Shown: positions 10,447 through 22,715, counted from the first letter of the stretch. The stretch: DNA of 58,069 nucleotides from Chiloscyllium plagiosum (GCF_004010195.1 NC_057750.1:11223359-11281427); one strand, 5' to 3'. Numbers and translations: made by a program. Notes: generated by a model from the letters alone, not told the origin.

Positions 10447-11976
10447 TTAAATCATTTTATAGGTGGCTGCTTTGCTAATCACCTCCTCATAGGTGTCATT
10501 GTCTGACAGCTCCAGGTTGATCTTGTGAGCGGTGCCCATATGCTGTTTCAGTCGGTTGTAGTGGGTGAAGATACTGCCACAGGTCAAGCACCTGTAGTTG
10601 GGGTGACTGCTGTGTTTCTCCTGGTGTCTCCAGCATGACTTCTGTGTGTGGAAGGCACGATCGCACAAGCAGCAGCAATAGTTCCTCCTCCAGAAATGAA
10701 CTTTCAAATGGAAGCCTAGGCTCCTCTCATCATCGCACCAGAGATCGCAGATGTTGCAGACATGGTAGTTGTAGCCATTAGCAAGCGCAAGATAGAAGTG
10801 TTTGGACATTGGAATGAAACGAGCTGGGGGGCAAAGGTCAGGGCCATCTGCCTTCTTGGAAAGAAATCTATTTCTGCTTGAGCGTGCCCAGTGATTGAGC
10901 GTTTGAGATTTGCAGCACTTAACGTGAAGCTGCAAAGCGTGAAGACTGATAAAAATGTTCTGGCACGTGGAGCACCAGTAGGCTTTGGAAGAATATTTTG
11001 GGTTGTCTGTTTGCCTGAATGAGGCACTGGTGCCTTCAGCAGACATTTGGGTAAATATCTGACTGTCCGACATTCGTTCAATTGACATCGGCCAAACACT
11101 CACTTGCAGTGGAATATCATTAAGACAACAAGCAATGTCACATTCATCAATGAGGGTTTGATTCAATTGTTCATTCTTCTCCATTGTAACATCATTCAGC
11201 CAATCTGTCACTACACTCTGCAAGTCGACAGGAATTGTAAAGGACTTACTAAATGAACAAGTTCTCCCTTTTGACTGCCTTATCTCCTCGGTCTCATCTG
11301 AAGAAACAAGTATTTCTGAGCTGAATTTGTGATTAATGTCTGAAGAGCTTTTGTCAATGCTCGAGAGGAGCTGAACATCAGTAGGCAGAGATTGCTTTGG
11401 AGAGCTAGAGCATGGAGTTAGACTAACAGACCTCCTTACTTGAGACTCCATCACTGGTCCCTGTTGAGAGGTTACTTTCTTCAAATACTGAGTGAAACTG
11501 GGGTTGTGCTTTTTGCTGTGCATTGCATGCAAGTGTAGGGTGGAGAGGCTGCGAAAAGTTTTCTGACAAATAAAACATCTGTGAGAATGAGAATCGTGTT
11601 TTGGGTTGTCTGTGAGCAAAGGGTGAGTAGATGTCCCAGTCTGCGCAAGTCTGTCTCCGAGTGAAGAATCAGAAACCCCATCGGTTCCATTATCCTGCTT
11701 CAAAATACTATCCTTCCAGTGGGTCATTGTCGGCTGAAGCTCCACAGGCATGAACTGGTGGTCACTGTAAGAGAAAACATTCTCAATTCTCAGTCCTGTG
11801 TCCTCACTCACATCTAAGGGCACAATTGGCTTGGATTCAGGTTCATATTCAGCAAGATAATTACTTGGATCTGAACTGGGCAGCAGATCAAAGATTTGAA
11901 GTCCCTTAGAGCTTAGGGGTCCTGAGTCTACACCTGACCCATTTTCTGAATGGGCATTTCCCCCTGTCCGTACCAT
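10447..11976 (-). CDS. Zinc-finger protein (about 509 aa; four C2H2 fingers and one C2HC-like finger), orthology unknown
   Basis: Uninterrupted 1.5-kb ORF. Fingers: CFICQKTFRSLSTLHLHAMH, CSTCQNIFISLHALQLHVKC, CNICDLWCDDERSLGFHLKVH, CCLCDRAFHTQKSCWRHQEKH, CLTCGSIFTHYNRLKQHMGTAH. First in-frame ATG at 11976 in AAGATGG context; in-frame TGA at 12067-12069 upstream; AATAAA (-) at 10303-10308 and 10134-10139. An upstream coding exon cannot be excluded. Confidence 0.8.
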   Translation of the reverse strand: MVRTGGNAHSENGSGVDSGPLSSKGLQIFDLLPSSDPSNYLAEYEPESKPIVPLDVSEDTGLRIENVFSYSDHQFMPVELQPTMTHWKDSILKQDNGTDGVSDSSLGDRLAQTGTSTHPLLTDNPKHDSHSHRCFICQKTFRSLSTLHLHAMHSKKHNPSFTQYLKKVTSQQGPVMESQVRRSVSLTPCSSSPKQSLPTDVQLLSSIDKSSSDINHKFSSEILVSSDETEEIRQSKGRTCSFSKSFTIPVDLQSVVTDWLNDVTMEKNEQLNQTLIDECDIACCLNDIPLQVSVWPMSIERMSDSQIFTQMSAEGTSASFRQTDNPKYSSKAYWCSTCQNIFISLHALQLHVKCCKSQTLNHWARSSRNRFLSKKADGPDLCPPARFIPMSKHFYLALANGYNYHVCNICDLWCDDERSLGFHLKVHFWRRNYCCCLCDRAFHTQKSCWRHQEKHSSHPNYRCLTCGSIFTHYNRLKQHMGTAHKINLELSDNDTYEEVISKAATYKMI

Positions 11977-13879
11977 CTTTGAATCTGCCTCATCTTTCTC
12001 TCTTGGGTCAATGGAATCCTTCACAAAAGGCTTTGTGTTCTCTAAATAGCTGTGGTTGCTAAGAAGTCAATTGTTACAGCACAAACATCCTTGTGGGGCG
12101 TGTTGAGGTTTTATTAAACCTTTCCTCAATGTTGACTGGCTTTCGAGGGTGACTGCTGATCTGTCAAACGAGGTCAGATGAGGCTGGTGTCTCGAAGATG
12201 TAAAAGTGGCCAAGCTGGTAGGAGACAGCCAACACCTGTGACAACAATATGTGACAACTAACATCTGCAAAAGCATCTGAATATCCATTATCTATAGGAT
12301 GGCGTTTCATGAAACCTTTGACTGCAAGGTTATTTAACTCAAATGCATGTACAGATAGATGATCAAAGCAGGTTTTAATTAAGGTATACAGTCAATTGTA
12401 ATATGGAACCCAATCCCAAAGCCAGAACCAAATATTCTCCCGTTGGCTGGGAATCCCATCCCGTTCTGGGGTCCGCACATTTGTAAGATTTCAAAGCCTT
12501 TGCAAAGGAGGAAACTTACTAAAATGGTGTCAAGTCGGAGGGAATTCAATTATGTGGAGAGAGAGTGGAGAAGCTGAAGTCCTCTTAATAGCAGGGAAGG
12601 TTAAGGGTAGAATTAATAGAAGTTCTCAAAATACAAATAAATGATAATTAACAAAGGAATAAGAGGGGATGATGAGAGTTTTCTTTGATCCAATGAGTTG
12701 TTGCAATCTGGACCGCGGTAAATAAAAGGAATCAGTGAGCAGTATTGAGAGGGAATCAATGAGTCATTAAGAATGAGAGAATGGGTGAGTGGTAGTGCGG
12801 TGCAGTGGTAGTGTCCCTGCCTCTCGAGCAGAGGGGCATGGATTCAAATCCCACTTGCTCCAGAGAGGTGTAATAACATCTCTGAACAAGTTGATTAGGG
12901 AAAAATAGATCAGAGACTGGGTGAGAGTGAATGTGTAAGAAGCGAGGTTCCTTCAGGAGAGGAGGTGATAATTTCGAGTGCCACTGGCTGGTAGAGGCCA
13001 GTTTTGCGAGATATTTCCCACAGGAGGTTGTTGAGGGGTGTGGGGACAGGTGGCTTGGATCCATTGGGGTAGGTGAGTGGAGGAGAACGTGCGGGGAAGG
13101 AACATTAGCTACTGTTACCGAAACAACCCTCTCTCATCTGGGTCAGTCTAGACAGGGAGAGAGAATTCACTTCCTGAGACTGGGGACATGAATCATGCAG
13201 CACAGTAATCGCTATTCAGCTCAACTGTGCTGGCTCTTTGAACATTAATCCCACTTCACTGCCCTGGTGAAGAAGGAGGTCACTAACGTTTGGAGTTTTA
13301 TTTTCCCTCTCCAATTCTTACTACTTGCCATGGACATGTAGGAACAATTTACTGATCCATCTTTTGTGGCCATCAAACAGGACCCAAACCCAGGGCTTCT
13401 GACCCTGAAGTAGGAATGCTACCCAGTGCACCACAAGACATCCCCATTATGGCTTTCCAAGGGTTTTTTCTACCAATTTCTCTTGGAATACCATATTAAA
13501 GGCAAAATTCTGGTGGCTGGAAATCTGTAACAAAAACTGGAGAAACTCAGCAGGTCTGGCAATACCTGTGGAGAGAGAAACAAAAGTTAAAATGGAAAAT
13601 AGAAAAGTACAGCACAAGAATAGGCCCTTCGGCCCACCAGGTCTGTGCTGACCATGAGGCAATTCTAAACTAATCCATTCTGCCTGCACGTGATCTGTAT
13701 CCCTCTACTCTGTCTGTTCTGTGTCTGTCTCTTAAACATTGCTATCATCTCTGCTTCTACCATCTCCATTGGCAGCATATTCCAGGCACTTACCACTGTC
13801 TGTGGGAAACAATTGCCTTGCATGTCTCCTTTAAACTATCCCCCTCTCACCTTGAACCTCTGCGAATAGGGAACTCGTT

Positions 13880-14055
13880 GACCTGCTGATCGGAGAGGTG
13901 CAAAGTCAAGACTTCTTCCTCAAGGATCAACAACGGAGGTCACAGCAGCCTGGTCTGAGGTCGCTATGCAATTAAAGCAGACTCAGCCATCTGAGGAATT
14001 CCCAACATTGTAGGAAGAAGCTTGGTGTCTTTCTCCACTCACCAGAATAAGTGCC
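13880..14055 (+). mobile_element. Degenerate Myb/SANT-like (trihelix) domain, probably a Harbinger transposon remnant
   Basis: Frameshifted translation LLIGEVQ... AAWSEVAMQL... RNSQHCRKK resembles the W..VA / R...QC.KK pattern of Myb/SANT-like domains. Confidence 0.45.
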
Positions 14056-14239
14056 ACTATTTTGTCTGGTATCTCACACCCACACAATCTCTGCTATTGC
14101 ACCCACCTCCCACCAAGGCTCATGCTCTACCGCTGTCTCTACTATCTGCAATATCTTCCCTCACTCAGTCTCACACACGCCAACCTCAGATACTACAACC
14201 CTGCTGCCCTCTGTGCTACCTAACCAAACTAATCCCATT

Positions 14240-16930
14240 TTCCAACACTTGACCCATAGCCTTGCATGTCTTAGCATTGCAAGTGCTCATCTAAATACTT
14301 CTTCAATGTTATGAGGGTTTCTGCTGCTAATACCCTCACAGGCAGTGGGTTCCAGATTCCTACTGCCCTCTGGGTGAAAAAGATTCCTCACATCTCCTCT
14401 AAACCTCTGCCCCTTACTTTAAATCTATGCCTCCTAGTCACTGATCCCTCCATCAAGGGGAAAAGTTTCTTCCTGTCTACCTTATCTAGGCCCCTCTTAA
14501 CTTTATACATCTCAATCATGTCCCCTCTCAATTGCCTCTGCTCTAAGGAAAACAACTCCTGTCTATCCAAATTCCCTTCCTAATTGAAACTCTCCAGCCC
14601 AGGCAACATCCTGGGAAATTTCCTGCTCCTCGGATGCTGCCTGACCTGCTGTGCTTTTCCAGCACCATTCTAATCTTGACTCTAATCTCTACCATCTGCA
14701 GTACTCACTTTCACCTAACATCCTTGGAAACCTCCTCTACATCTGTCTACTGCAATTATATTTCCTCTTATAATGTGGATTCCTGAACTGCACACAATAC
14801 TCGAGCTGTGGCCCAACCAACATATATGGTTCCAACATAACCTCCCTGCTCTCAAACTCGATGCTTCGACTATTTAGTATTCCATATGTCTTCTTGACCA
14901 TTTTATCCATCTGTCCTGATATCTTAACGGCCCAGTGTACACGCACATCAAGGTCCCTCTGATCCTCAGTGTTTGCCAGGGTCCCACTATTCATCATGCA
15001 TTCCCTTCCCTTGTGCCCAAGTACAACACCTCACATTTATCTGGATTGAATTCCATTTTCCACTGATCAGACCATCTGACCAGTCTACCTATATTTTCTT
15101 GTAATCCAAGGCTATTCCCCTCACCGTTTATCACCCCACCAGTTTTAGCCCGCAATAGTACTGATCAACCCTTGTACATTTATTGAGGCCTCTTCTGGAA
15201 TACTGTGTCCACTTCTGCTTGCCTTGTTACAGGAAGGATACTATTAAGTGGGAGAGGGTTCAGAAGAAATTTCCCAGGATGTTGCCAGGACTGGAGGGTC
15301 TGAGTTGTGAGGAGAAGCTGGATAGGCTGGGACTTTTTCACTGGAGTGTAGGTGGTTGAGGGGTGACCATTTCGAGGTTCATAAAATAATAAGGGATACA
15401 GATAAGGTGAATGGCAGGTGTCTTTTCCCTAGGGTGGGGGATTTCAAGACTAGGCGACGTATTTTCAATGTGAGATGAGAAAGATTTTAAAAAGACATGA
15501 GGGGCAATGTTTTTATACAGAGAATGGCTCGTGTGTGGAATGATGTTCCAGAGGAAGTAATGAGTGAGGGTACAGTTACAACATTTAAAATACGTCTACA
15601 TAAGTACATTAATAAGAAATGTTTGGAGGGATATGGGCCAAGCACAGGCAGGTGGGACTAATTTAGTTTGGCATTATGGTCAGTATGGATTGGTTGGGCC
15701 AAACCAATCTATGACTCTATAAATAGTTTATATAAACCACAAACAAGGGCCCCAGCACTGACTCTTGTTGGACCCTAATGGATAAAGATTTATAGTCAGA
15801 AAAACACCTCTCAATCATCAACCTTTTCTTCCTGCCATTCAGCCAATTATGGGCCCAATTTACCAAATTTCCTTGGATTCCATCAAACCTTACCTTTGCC
15901 ATCAGTCTCCAATGCAGGACTTTATCATAAGTCTTGCTGAATTCCAAGTCAATGGCATCAAAAGTATTGCCCTCATCTACACACCTGGTCACCTCTTCGA
16001 AAAATTCAGTCAAATTGGCCCGACATGAGGTCCCCTTAACAAAATCGTGCAGACGATTCTTGATTAATCCCAGCCGCTCCAAATGCATATTAATTCTGTC
16101 TCTCAGAATCACTTCAAATAGTTTCCCCACCACTGAGGTTATACTGACCAGTCTGTAGTTTCCTGGTTTATCCCTTGCTCCCTTCTTGAATAATGGTGCC
16201 AGATTGTCCTTGAGAACCTCTCCTGTGGCCAGAGAGGAATTGAAAATGTTTGAAGGTGTCTCTGTTCCTTCCTCCCTTGGTTTTATCAATAATTTGGGAT
16301 ACATTTCATCCAGCCCTAGAAATTAATCTACTTTTAAGCTTGCCAAACCACTCAGAACTCCTCTCTGTCTGAGCTAATTTTAAAAATTGTATCATCGACC
16401 TCTCCCTGATTGCTATTCCCATATCATCACTCTCACTAATGAACACCAAACAAAAGTATTCATTTAGAACTCTATCTACACCCTCTGGCTCCACACACAA
16501 ATTGCCATTGTGGTCCTTACTGGGCTCTATTCCTTCCCTCATCATTCTTTAACCCTTACTGTACCTGTAAAACAACTTAGGACTTTCCTTTATTTCTATT
16601 GCATTTTTATATCCCCTTTTAGCACTCCTAATCGTTTTATGTTCTCTTGCACATTCTATACGTCTCTTAGGTTTTATCTGTTTGAGCCCACAGTATTTGT
16701 CATAAGACTCCCTTTTCCTCATAATCCAATGCTGTACATTCCTCAATATCCAAAATTTGATTGTCCCACCTTTTCTCTTTATTGGAACATGTTGGCCCTA
16801 TATTCTCCATACTTTCTTCTTGAATGCATCCCACTGTTCCGGAGCAGCAGATTCACATGCAAGTATCTGGCCAAATCATGTCTGATCTTATGAAAATCAG
16901 CCTTCACTCCGTTGAAACTCTGATTTCAGG
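14240..16930 (-). mobile_element. CR1 LINE ORF2 fragment with a second CR1 nested in it
   Basis: ORF 15717..16304 (PGNYRLVSITSVVGK, DLEFSKTYDKV, SVLGPL) continues in 14388-15170 on the far side of the nested copy. Confidence 0.85.
15180..15716 (+). mobile_element. CR1 LINE 3' end nested in opposite orientation
   Basis: RPLLEYCV... through to the CTATGACTCTA tail; splits the surrounding minus-strand CR1. Confidence 0.85.
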
Positions 16931-17974
16931 CCTATCCTTAGCTCAATATTTCAAATCCAGTTTGACTTCTTCAGAATTCCTAATAAAGCTACGAATGAAT
17001 CAACTATTGATAAATCTGACTACCCATCCTTTCAGGCAGCAGATTCCAGATCAGAACAAATGCTGTGTTGAAGTGAAAAAGCAGATCACAGGTCCTGGTG
17101 TTCTGGATGATGGCCAAGAAGTGAAGTCCCTGGAGTCATGGTATGGGGAGAAAGAATGAAAAGTAAGAGAATGCAATGTGAGTTCTAATAGCAGGTCTAG
17201 AAAGTGTGTTAACATCTGAACATGTACCAAAGAAAGAACTTCCAAATGTGTGTGTGTGTGAGAGTGATGTTAGCAGAAGTTAACTAGTGAGACACTGAAG
17301 TGCAAGTAAAACCTAAAGCTTGAATCGACCACATAGTGAAATGACGATCTTCTAAAATATCAGATCGGCACAATCAGCTTTGTCGTATGGATGGTTTTAT
17401 GCTTGGAAAGGGGACGTAAGATTATCGGGGATATGCAGAAATGTAGAGTTGAAGTTAAAATCAAAGCAGCCATGACATTATTGCATGGTGGAGCAGGCTC
17501 AAAGGGCCAAGAGGCTGATTCTTGTTCATGGTTTGCATGTTCTTGGACTGAAAGTGGCCCAGCCAAAGAACAATGCTTTCCAAGGGTTTTCCAACTATGT
17601 CCCCATTTTGAGGCCGTAAGATTATCATAACCTGTCATTGACCCATGGGTGGAGACGATCTAATAGAGCAAAGGGGAAAGGGCTTACTTAGCGCTGTGTC
17701 AGAGCTTGTGACCCCATAGTTTCAGCTCATGACCCCCTCTTTGGGAAGCTCTGCCTTAGAAGGCTAAAGCATGTCTAGTTGCTTGAGGTTTTGAAGTGTG
17801 ACTGTGTAATATAGATAATAATGCAGACTCTCCAATTGGGAGAATAGCAGTTCTGAAAATCTTCCTGGCTTTTTTGGCCAAATACCTTTGGAAGTATAGA
17901 CCTATTGAAATTTTAAAACACACCTGTTTCCGCAACATGCTTTCAGAGAGAATTGGGTTTGAAACCACCTAAGG

Positions 17975-18260
17975 TTGGGGTGCCACAGTGGCTCATTGGT
18001 CAGCACTGCTGCCTCACAGTGCCAGAGACTCAGGCTTAATTCCAGCCTCGGGAGATTGTCTTTGTGGAGTTTGCATGGATTTCTTCCGGGTGCTGTGGTT
18101 TCCACCCACAGTCTAAAGATGTGCAGGTTAGGTGAATTAGCCACACTAAATTGTCCAAGGTTGTGCAGGCTGGGTGGATTAGTTATGGGGAATGAGGATT
18201 TCCAGAGATGGGTGGATCTGGGCGGAATGCTCTTCAGAGAGTTTGTGTAGATTTGATGGT
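17975..18260 (+). mobile_element. HE1/V-SINE
   Basis: tRNA-like head CAGCACTGCTGCCTCACAGTGCCAG; core TGTGGAGTTTGCA...CCACAGTCTAAAGATGTGCAGG. Confidence 0.85.
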
Positions 18261-18430
18261 CTGCAGCTTTTAAATACATTGATTTAGTTATTCAGCAGAG
18301 AGGCCTGAATAACTTTAAATTCGGAATCTCATTTGGAAAGTTTGACGTCCAGTCCAATTATTCATGTTCAGTCATCACAAAAAGATCATGTTACATCTAA
18401 AGAAGAGACAATGTGTGGTTGCAGAACTCG

Positions 18431-19572
18431 ATTTGGAGATGCTAGTGTTGGACTGGGGTATACAACAAAGTTAAAAATCACATAACACCAGGTTATAGTC
18501 CAATAGGTCTATTTGGAAGCACTAGCTTTCGGAGCGCTGCTCCTTCATCATAAGACACAGAATTTATAGCAAAAGTTTACAGTGTGATGTAACTGAAATT
18601 ATATATTGAAAAAGACCTGGATTGTTTGTTAAGTCTCTCATCTTTTAGAATGACCATGTTGGTTTCAGTTCTTTATATGGAAATCCCAGAATTTTTTAAA
18701 GTTACATTCTCAAGTGAACTTTAACAACAGGTGCCATGTAGGCCCAGATAAGCACTGAAGGTGTGAGGTGCCCTGTGTGAGGCTGTCTGTGCCCCAATGT
18801 TCAGACTGATTCTATTTCTAAAAAAGGGGTTTACAGAATCCTTTACATGGATTCATGCAGTTTTTGAGCAAAATAAAATTTAATTCTGCAAGTACAAATT
18901 CACCTCACAAACTTATATGTGTGTGTGTGTTGGGGGGGGAATGAGTTTCTGTGAGACAGTGTGTATATATGTATGTGTGAGATATGCGAGAGAACATGTG
19001 TATGAGAGAGTCTGCATGAGAGTATGGGTCTGTAGGAGTATGTGTGTGCGTTTGTAGGAGTGTGTGTGTGTGTGTGTTTGTAGGAGTGTCCGTGTGTGTG
19101 TGCGCGCGTGCAGTGCAGTGGGGTCACCTGTAGTGTGACATGAACCCAAGGTCCCAGTTGAGGCTACCCCATGGGTATCGAACTTGGCTATCAGCCTCTG
19201 CTCGGCCACTCCGCATTGTTGCTGTCCCGAAATCCACCTTGGAGGATGGTCACCCAAAGGTTTGAGGTTGAGTGTCCCAGACTGTTGAAGTGTTCTCTGA
19301 CTGGGAGGGAACATCCCTGTCTGTTGGCTGTTATGCAGTGTCCATTCATCTGTTGCTGTAGCCTTGGCACAATCTTGCCAATATACCATGCCTCAAGGCA
19401 TCCTTGCCTGCAGCGTATGAGATAGACAACGTTGTCTGAGACACACCTGCCATGTACATGGTGGGAGGTATCCTCATGTATAATAGTGATATCCGTGTCG
19501 GCACCCTGACACATCTTGCAGAGTCTACTGTGACAAGTTTGTATGGTGTTGTCCTGAAAGCTGGGCAGTTTG
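18431..19572 (-). mobile_element. Penelope-like element 3' part: GIY-YIG endonuclease, (CA)n tract and terminal repeat
   Basis: ORF 19191..19514 NVVYLIRCRQGC..WYIG...PVREHFN; hammerhead-like TGATGAAGGAGCAGCGCTCCGAAAGCT (-) at about 18524-18550. Confidence 0.85.
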
Positions 19573-19581
19573 AAAGCCTGT

Positions 19582-20075
19582 CATACAACCTTGTCATGGT
19601 AGACACTGCAAGAAGAGTCAGAGTGTCAACACGGATAGCACCATTACACATGGGGACACTTTCCACAATGTACATGGTAGGTACTCATGTGACTCAGCCA
19701 ATGTTGTCTATCTCATGCGCTGCAGGCAAGGATGCCCTGAGGCGTGGTACATTGGTGAGACTGAGCAGAGGCTATGGCAACGGATGAATGAATACTGCAC
19801 AACAGCCAACACGCAGAAGTGTTCCCTCCCCGTCGGAGAACACTTCAACAGTCCGGGACATCCATGGCCCAGCCTCAGATCTTCAGGTGACCATCCTCCA
19901 AGGCAGACTTCAGGACAGGCAACAACACAAAGTGGCCGAGCAGAGGCTGATAACCAAGTTTGGTAGCCATGGGGTGGCCTCAACTGGGACCTTGGGTTCA
20001 TGTCACACTACAGGTGACCCCACTGCACTACACACACACAGACAGACACACACAGACACACTCATATACACACAC
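19582..20075 (+). mobile_element. Second, inverted Penelope GIY-YIG endonuclease fragment
   Basis: ORF 19715..19966 RCRQGCPEAWYIGETEQRL...PVGEHFN; approximate reverse complement of 19093-19545. Confidence 0.85.
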
Positions 20076-20431
20076 CCGGAGTTGTGCGATTTTTAAACGC
20101 TGCAGAACTTGGTTGGTTAATTGAAGTTTTATGCAACCAGATAAAATCAGATGCCAAAGTACACACACACACAGACAGACACACACAGACACTCTTACAG
20201 ACACATTCATATACACACACCCGGAGTTGTGCGATTTTTAAACGCTGCAGAACTTGGTTGGTTAATTGAAGTTTTATGCAACCAGATAAAATCAGATGCC
20301 AAAGTTAACATGTCGGGTTCAGCGAACCTTCCTCAGTTCTGAACCTGAGACATTAACTCATCTCTCTCCAAATATGCTGCCAGACCTGCTGAGCCTTTCT
20401 AGCAATTTCTGCTTTTGTTTCTGCAGTTAGG

Positions 20432-22056
20432 ATCATAGAGTCACAGAGATGTACAGCATGGAAACAGACCCTTTGGTCCAATATGTCCATGCCAACCAGA
20501 TATCCTAATCTAATCTAAGCCCATTTGCCAGCACTTGGCCCATATCCCTCTAAACCCTTCCTATTCATATACCCATACAAATACCTTTTAAATGCTGCAA
20601 TTATACTAGTCTCCACCACTTCCTCTGCAGCTCATTCCATACACACACCATCCTTTGTGTGAAAAAGTTGCCCTTAGGTCCCTTTTATATCTTTCCCCTC
20701 TCACCCTAAACCCATGCCCTCTCGTTCTGGACTCCCCCACCTCAGGGAAAAGACTTTATTTATTTATCCTATCCATGCCCCTCAAGATTTTATAAACCTC
20801 TGTGAGCTCATACCTCAGCCTTCGACGCTCCAGGGAAAACAGCCCCAGCCTGTTCAGCCTCTCCCCATAGCTCAAATCCTCCAACCCTGGCAAAATCCTT
20901 GTAAATCTTTTCTGAACCCTTTCAAGTTTCACAACATCCTTCCGATAGGAAGGAGACCAGAACTGCACGCAATATTCCAACAGTGGCCTAACCAATGTCC
21001 TGTACAGCTGCAACATGACCTCCCAACTCCTATACTCAATGCTCTGACCAATAAAGGAAAGCATACCAAATGCCTTCTTCACTATCCTATCTACCTGCAA
21101 CTCTACTTTCAAGGAACTACGAACCTGCACTCCAAGGTCTCTTTGTTCAACAACACTCTCTAGGACCTTACCATTAAGTGTATAAGTCCTGCTAAGATTT
21201 GCTTTTCCAAAATGCAGCACCTTGCCTTTATCTAAATTTAACTCCAACTGCCACTCCTCAGCCCATTGGCCCATCTGATCAAGATCCTGTTGTACTCTGA
21301 GGTAACCTTCTTCACTGCCCACTACACCTCCAATTTTGGTGTCCTCTGCAAACCACTAACTATACCTCCTATGTTCATATCCAAATCATTTATATAAATG
21401 ATGAAAAGTAGTGGACCCTAGTGGACCCAGCACCAATCCTTGTGGCACTCCACTGGTCACAGGCCTCCAATCTGAAAAGCAACTCTTCATCATCACCCTC
21501 TGTCTTCTACATTTGAGCCAGTTCTGTCTCCAAATGGCTAGTTCTCCCTATATTTCATGAAATCTAATCTTGCTAACTTTGTCAAACGCCTTACTGAAGT
21601 CCATATAGATCACATCCACGTGCCCTCATCAATCCTCTGTTACTTCTTCAAAAAACTCAATCAAGTTTGTGAGACATGATTTCCCATGCACAAAGCCATG
21701 CTGACTATCCCTAATCAGTCCTTGCCTTTCCAAATACATGTACATCTTGTGCCTCAGGATTCCCTCCAACAACTTGCCCACAGTGATGTCAGGCTCACCA
21801 GTGTATAGTTCCCTGGTTTTTCCTTGCCACCTTTCTTAAATAGTGGCACCACATTAGCCAAATTCCAGTCTTCCAGCACCTCACTTTTGACTATCGGTGA
21901 TGCAAATATCTCAGCAAGTGGCCCAGCAATCACTCCCCTAGCTTCCCACAGAGTTCTATGGTACACCTGATCAGGTCCTGGGGGTTTATCCACTTTTATG
22001 TGTTTGAAGACATCCAGCACCTCCTTCTCTGCAATATGGACGATTTACAAGATGTC
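20432..22056 (-). mobile_element. CR1 LINE ORF2 3' half, 5'-truncated at the ERV LTR
   Basis: ORF 21754..22020 (KPPGPD, ANVVPLFKKG) and ORF 20756..21322 (LVRPLLEYCVQFWSP); tail at about 20432. Confidence 0.9.
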
Positions 22057-22058
22057 CT

Positions 22059-22715
22059 TGTTAAAATACAGATATGAGACAGCTCAGGGAATCCCTTGTG
22101 GACTCAGACCTGTAAGCCTCTCTCATGATTCGTCCCAGAGATTGTACTCTTTGGTGATCTGGAATAATAAAACTCTTACAAGAGAGTTTAGCTTAATTTT
22201 AATCATCCCCTTCATTTACTAATAGCATCACTGTTACAACATAACACTGACACCTATAAGCCAGGCCAACTGGAGTCTAATAATCCAGGAGAGTAGAACA
22301 TCAGCTCTTCAAGAGCCCTGGCAGGCTACTCCGCTGTACTATTATAAACAAACTATCTTTATGCACCACTTTACAAAGGCTGTATTGTCACAAACACAAA
22401 AAGTTAACAAAAGACTGCATGTTCTGAACTAGACAGATAATAGTGAAGGACAATAATTCAGGAGAGAAGTTATTTGATACCGAATTTCGTTTCGAGGTCA
22501 GAATTAAAAATTATTTATTAATTTCAGAAAGGAACAGCCATGGACGTTATCACTTGGCGTCTTGTTTATACAGATTCGCTGATGTTAAGGCAAATGTTTG
22601 TAATTATCTTATCTTAATGACCATATTCTAGTATGCAGCAAATGTGTTCTATAATTCAAAATGACATTTTAGTCTAAATGTTTCAGGACAACGTTTAAGA
22701 CTATAAACTTTCTCA
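22059..22715 (-). repeat. ERV 3' LTR (657 bp)
   Basis: Minus strand starts TGAGAAAG and ends TTTAACA; contains ATTAAA; about 93% identical to 29103-29756 by manual count. Confidence 0.93.

Noticed and set aside
12067..12288. 73-codon ORF in frame with the zinc-finger ORF and separated by one TGA (selenocysteine or readthrough?)
   Set aside because: It spans a likely splice acceptor, has no recognisable motif, and I see no SECIS-like element. A good Kozak ATG exists at 11976, so it is more simply intron plus 5' UTR.
22443..22631. 62-aa + strand ORF repeated at 29488..29676
   Set aside because: It recurs only because it lies in both LTRs; non-ATG start, antisense to the provirus, no motif.
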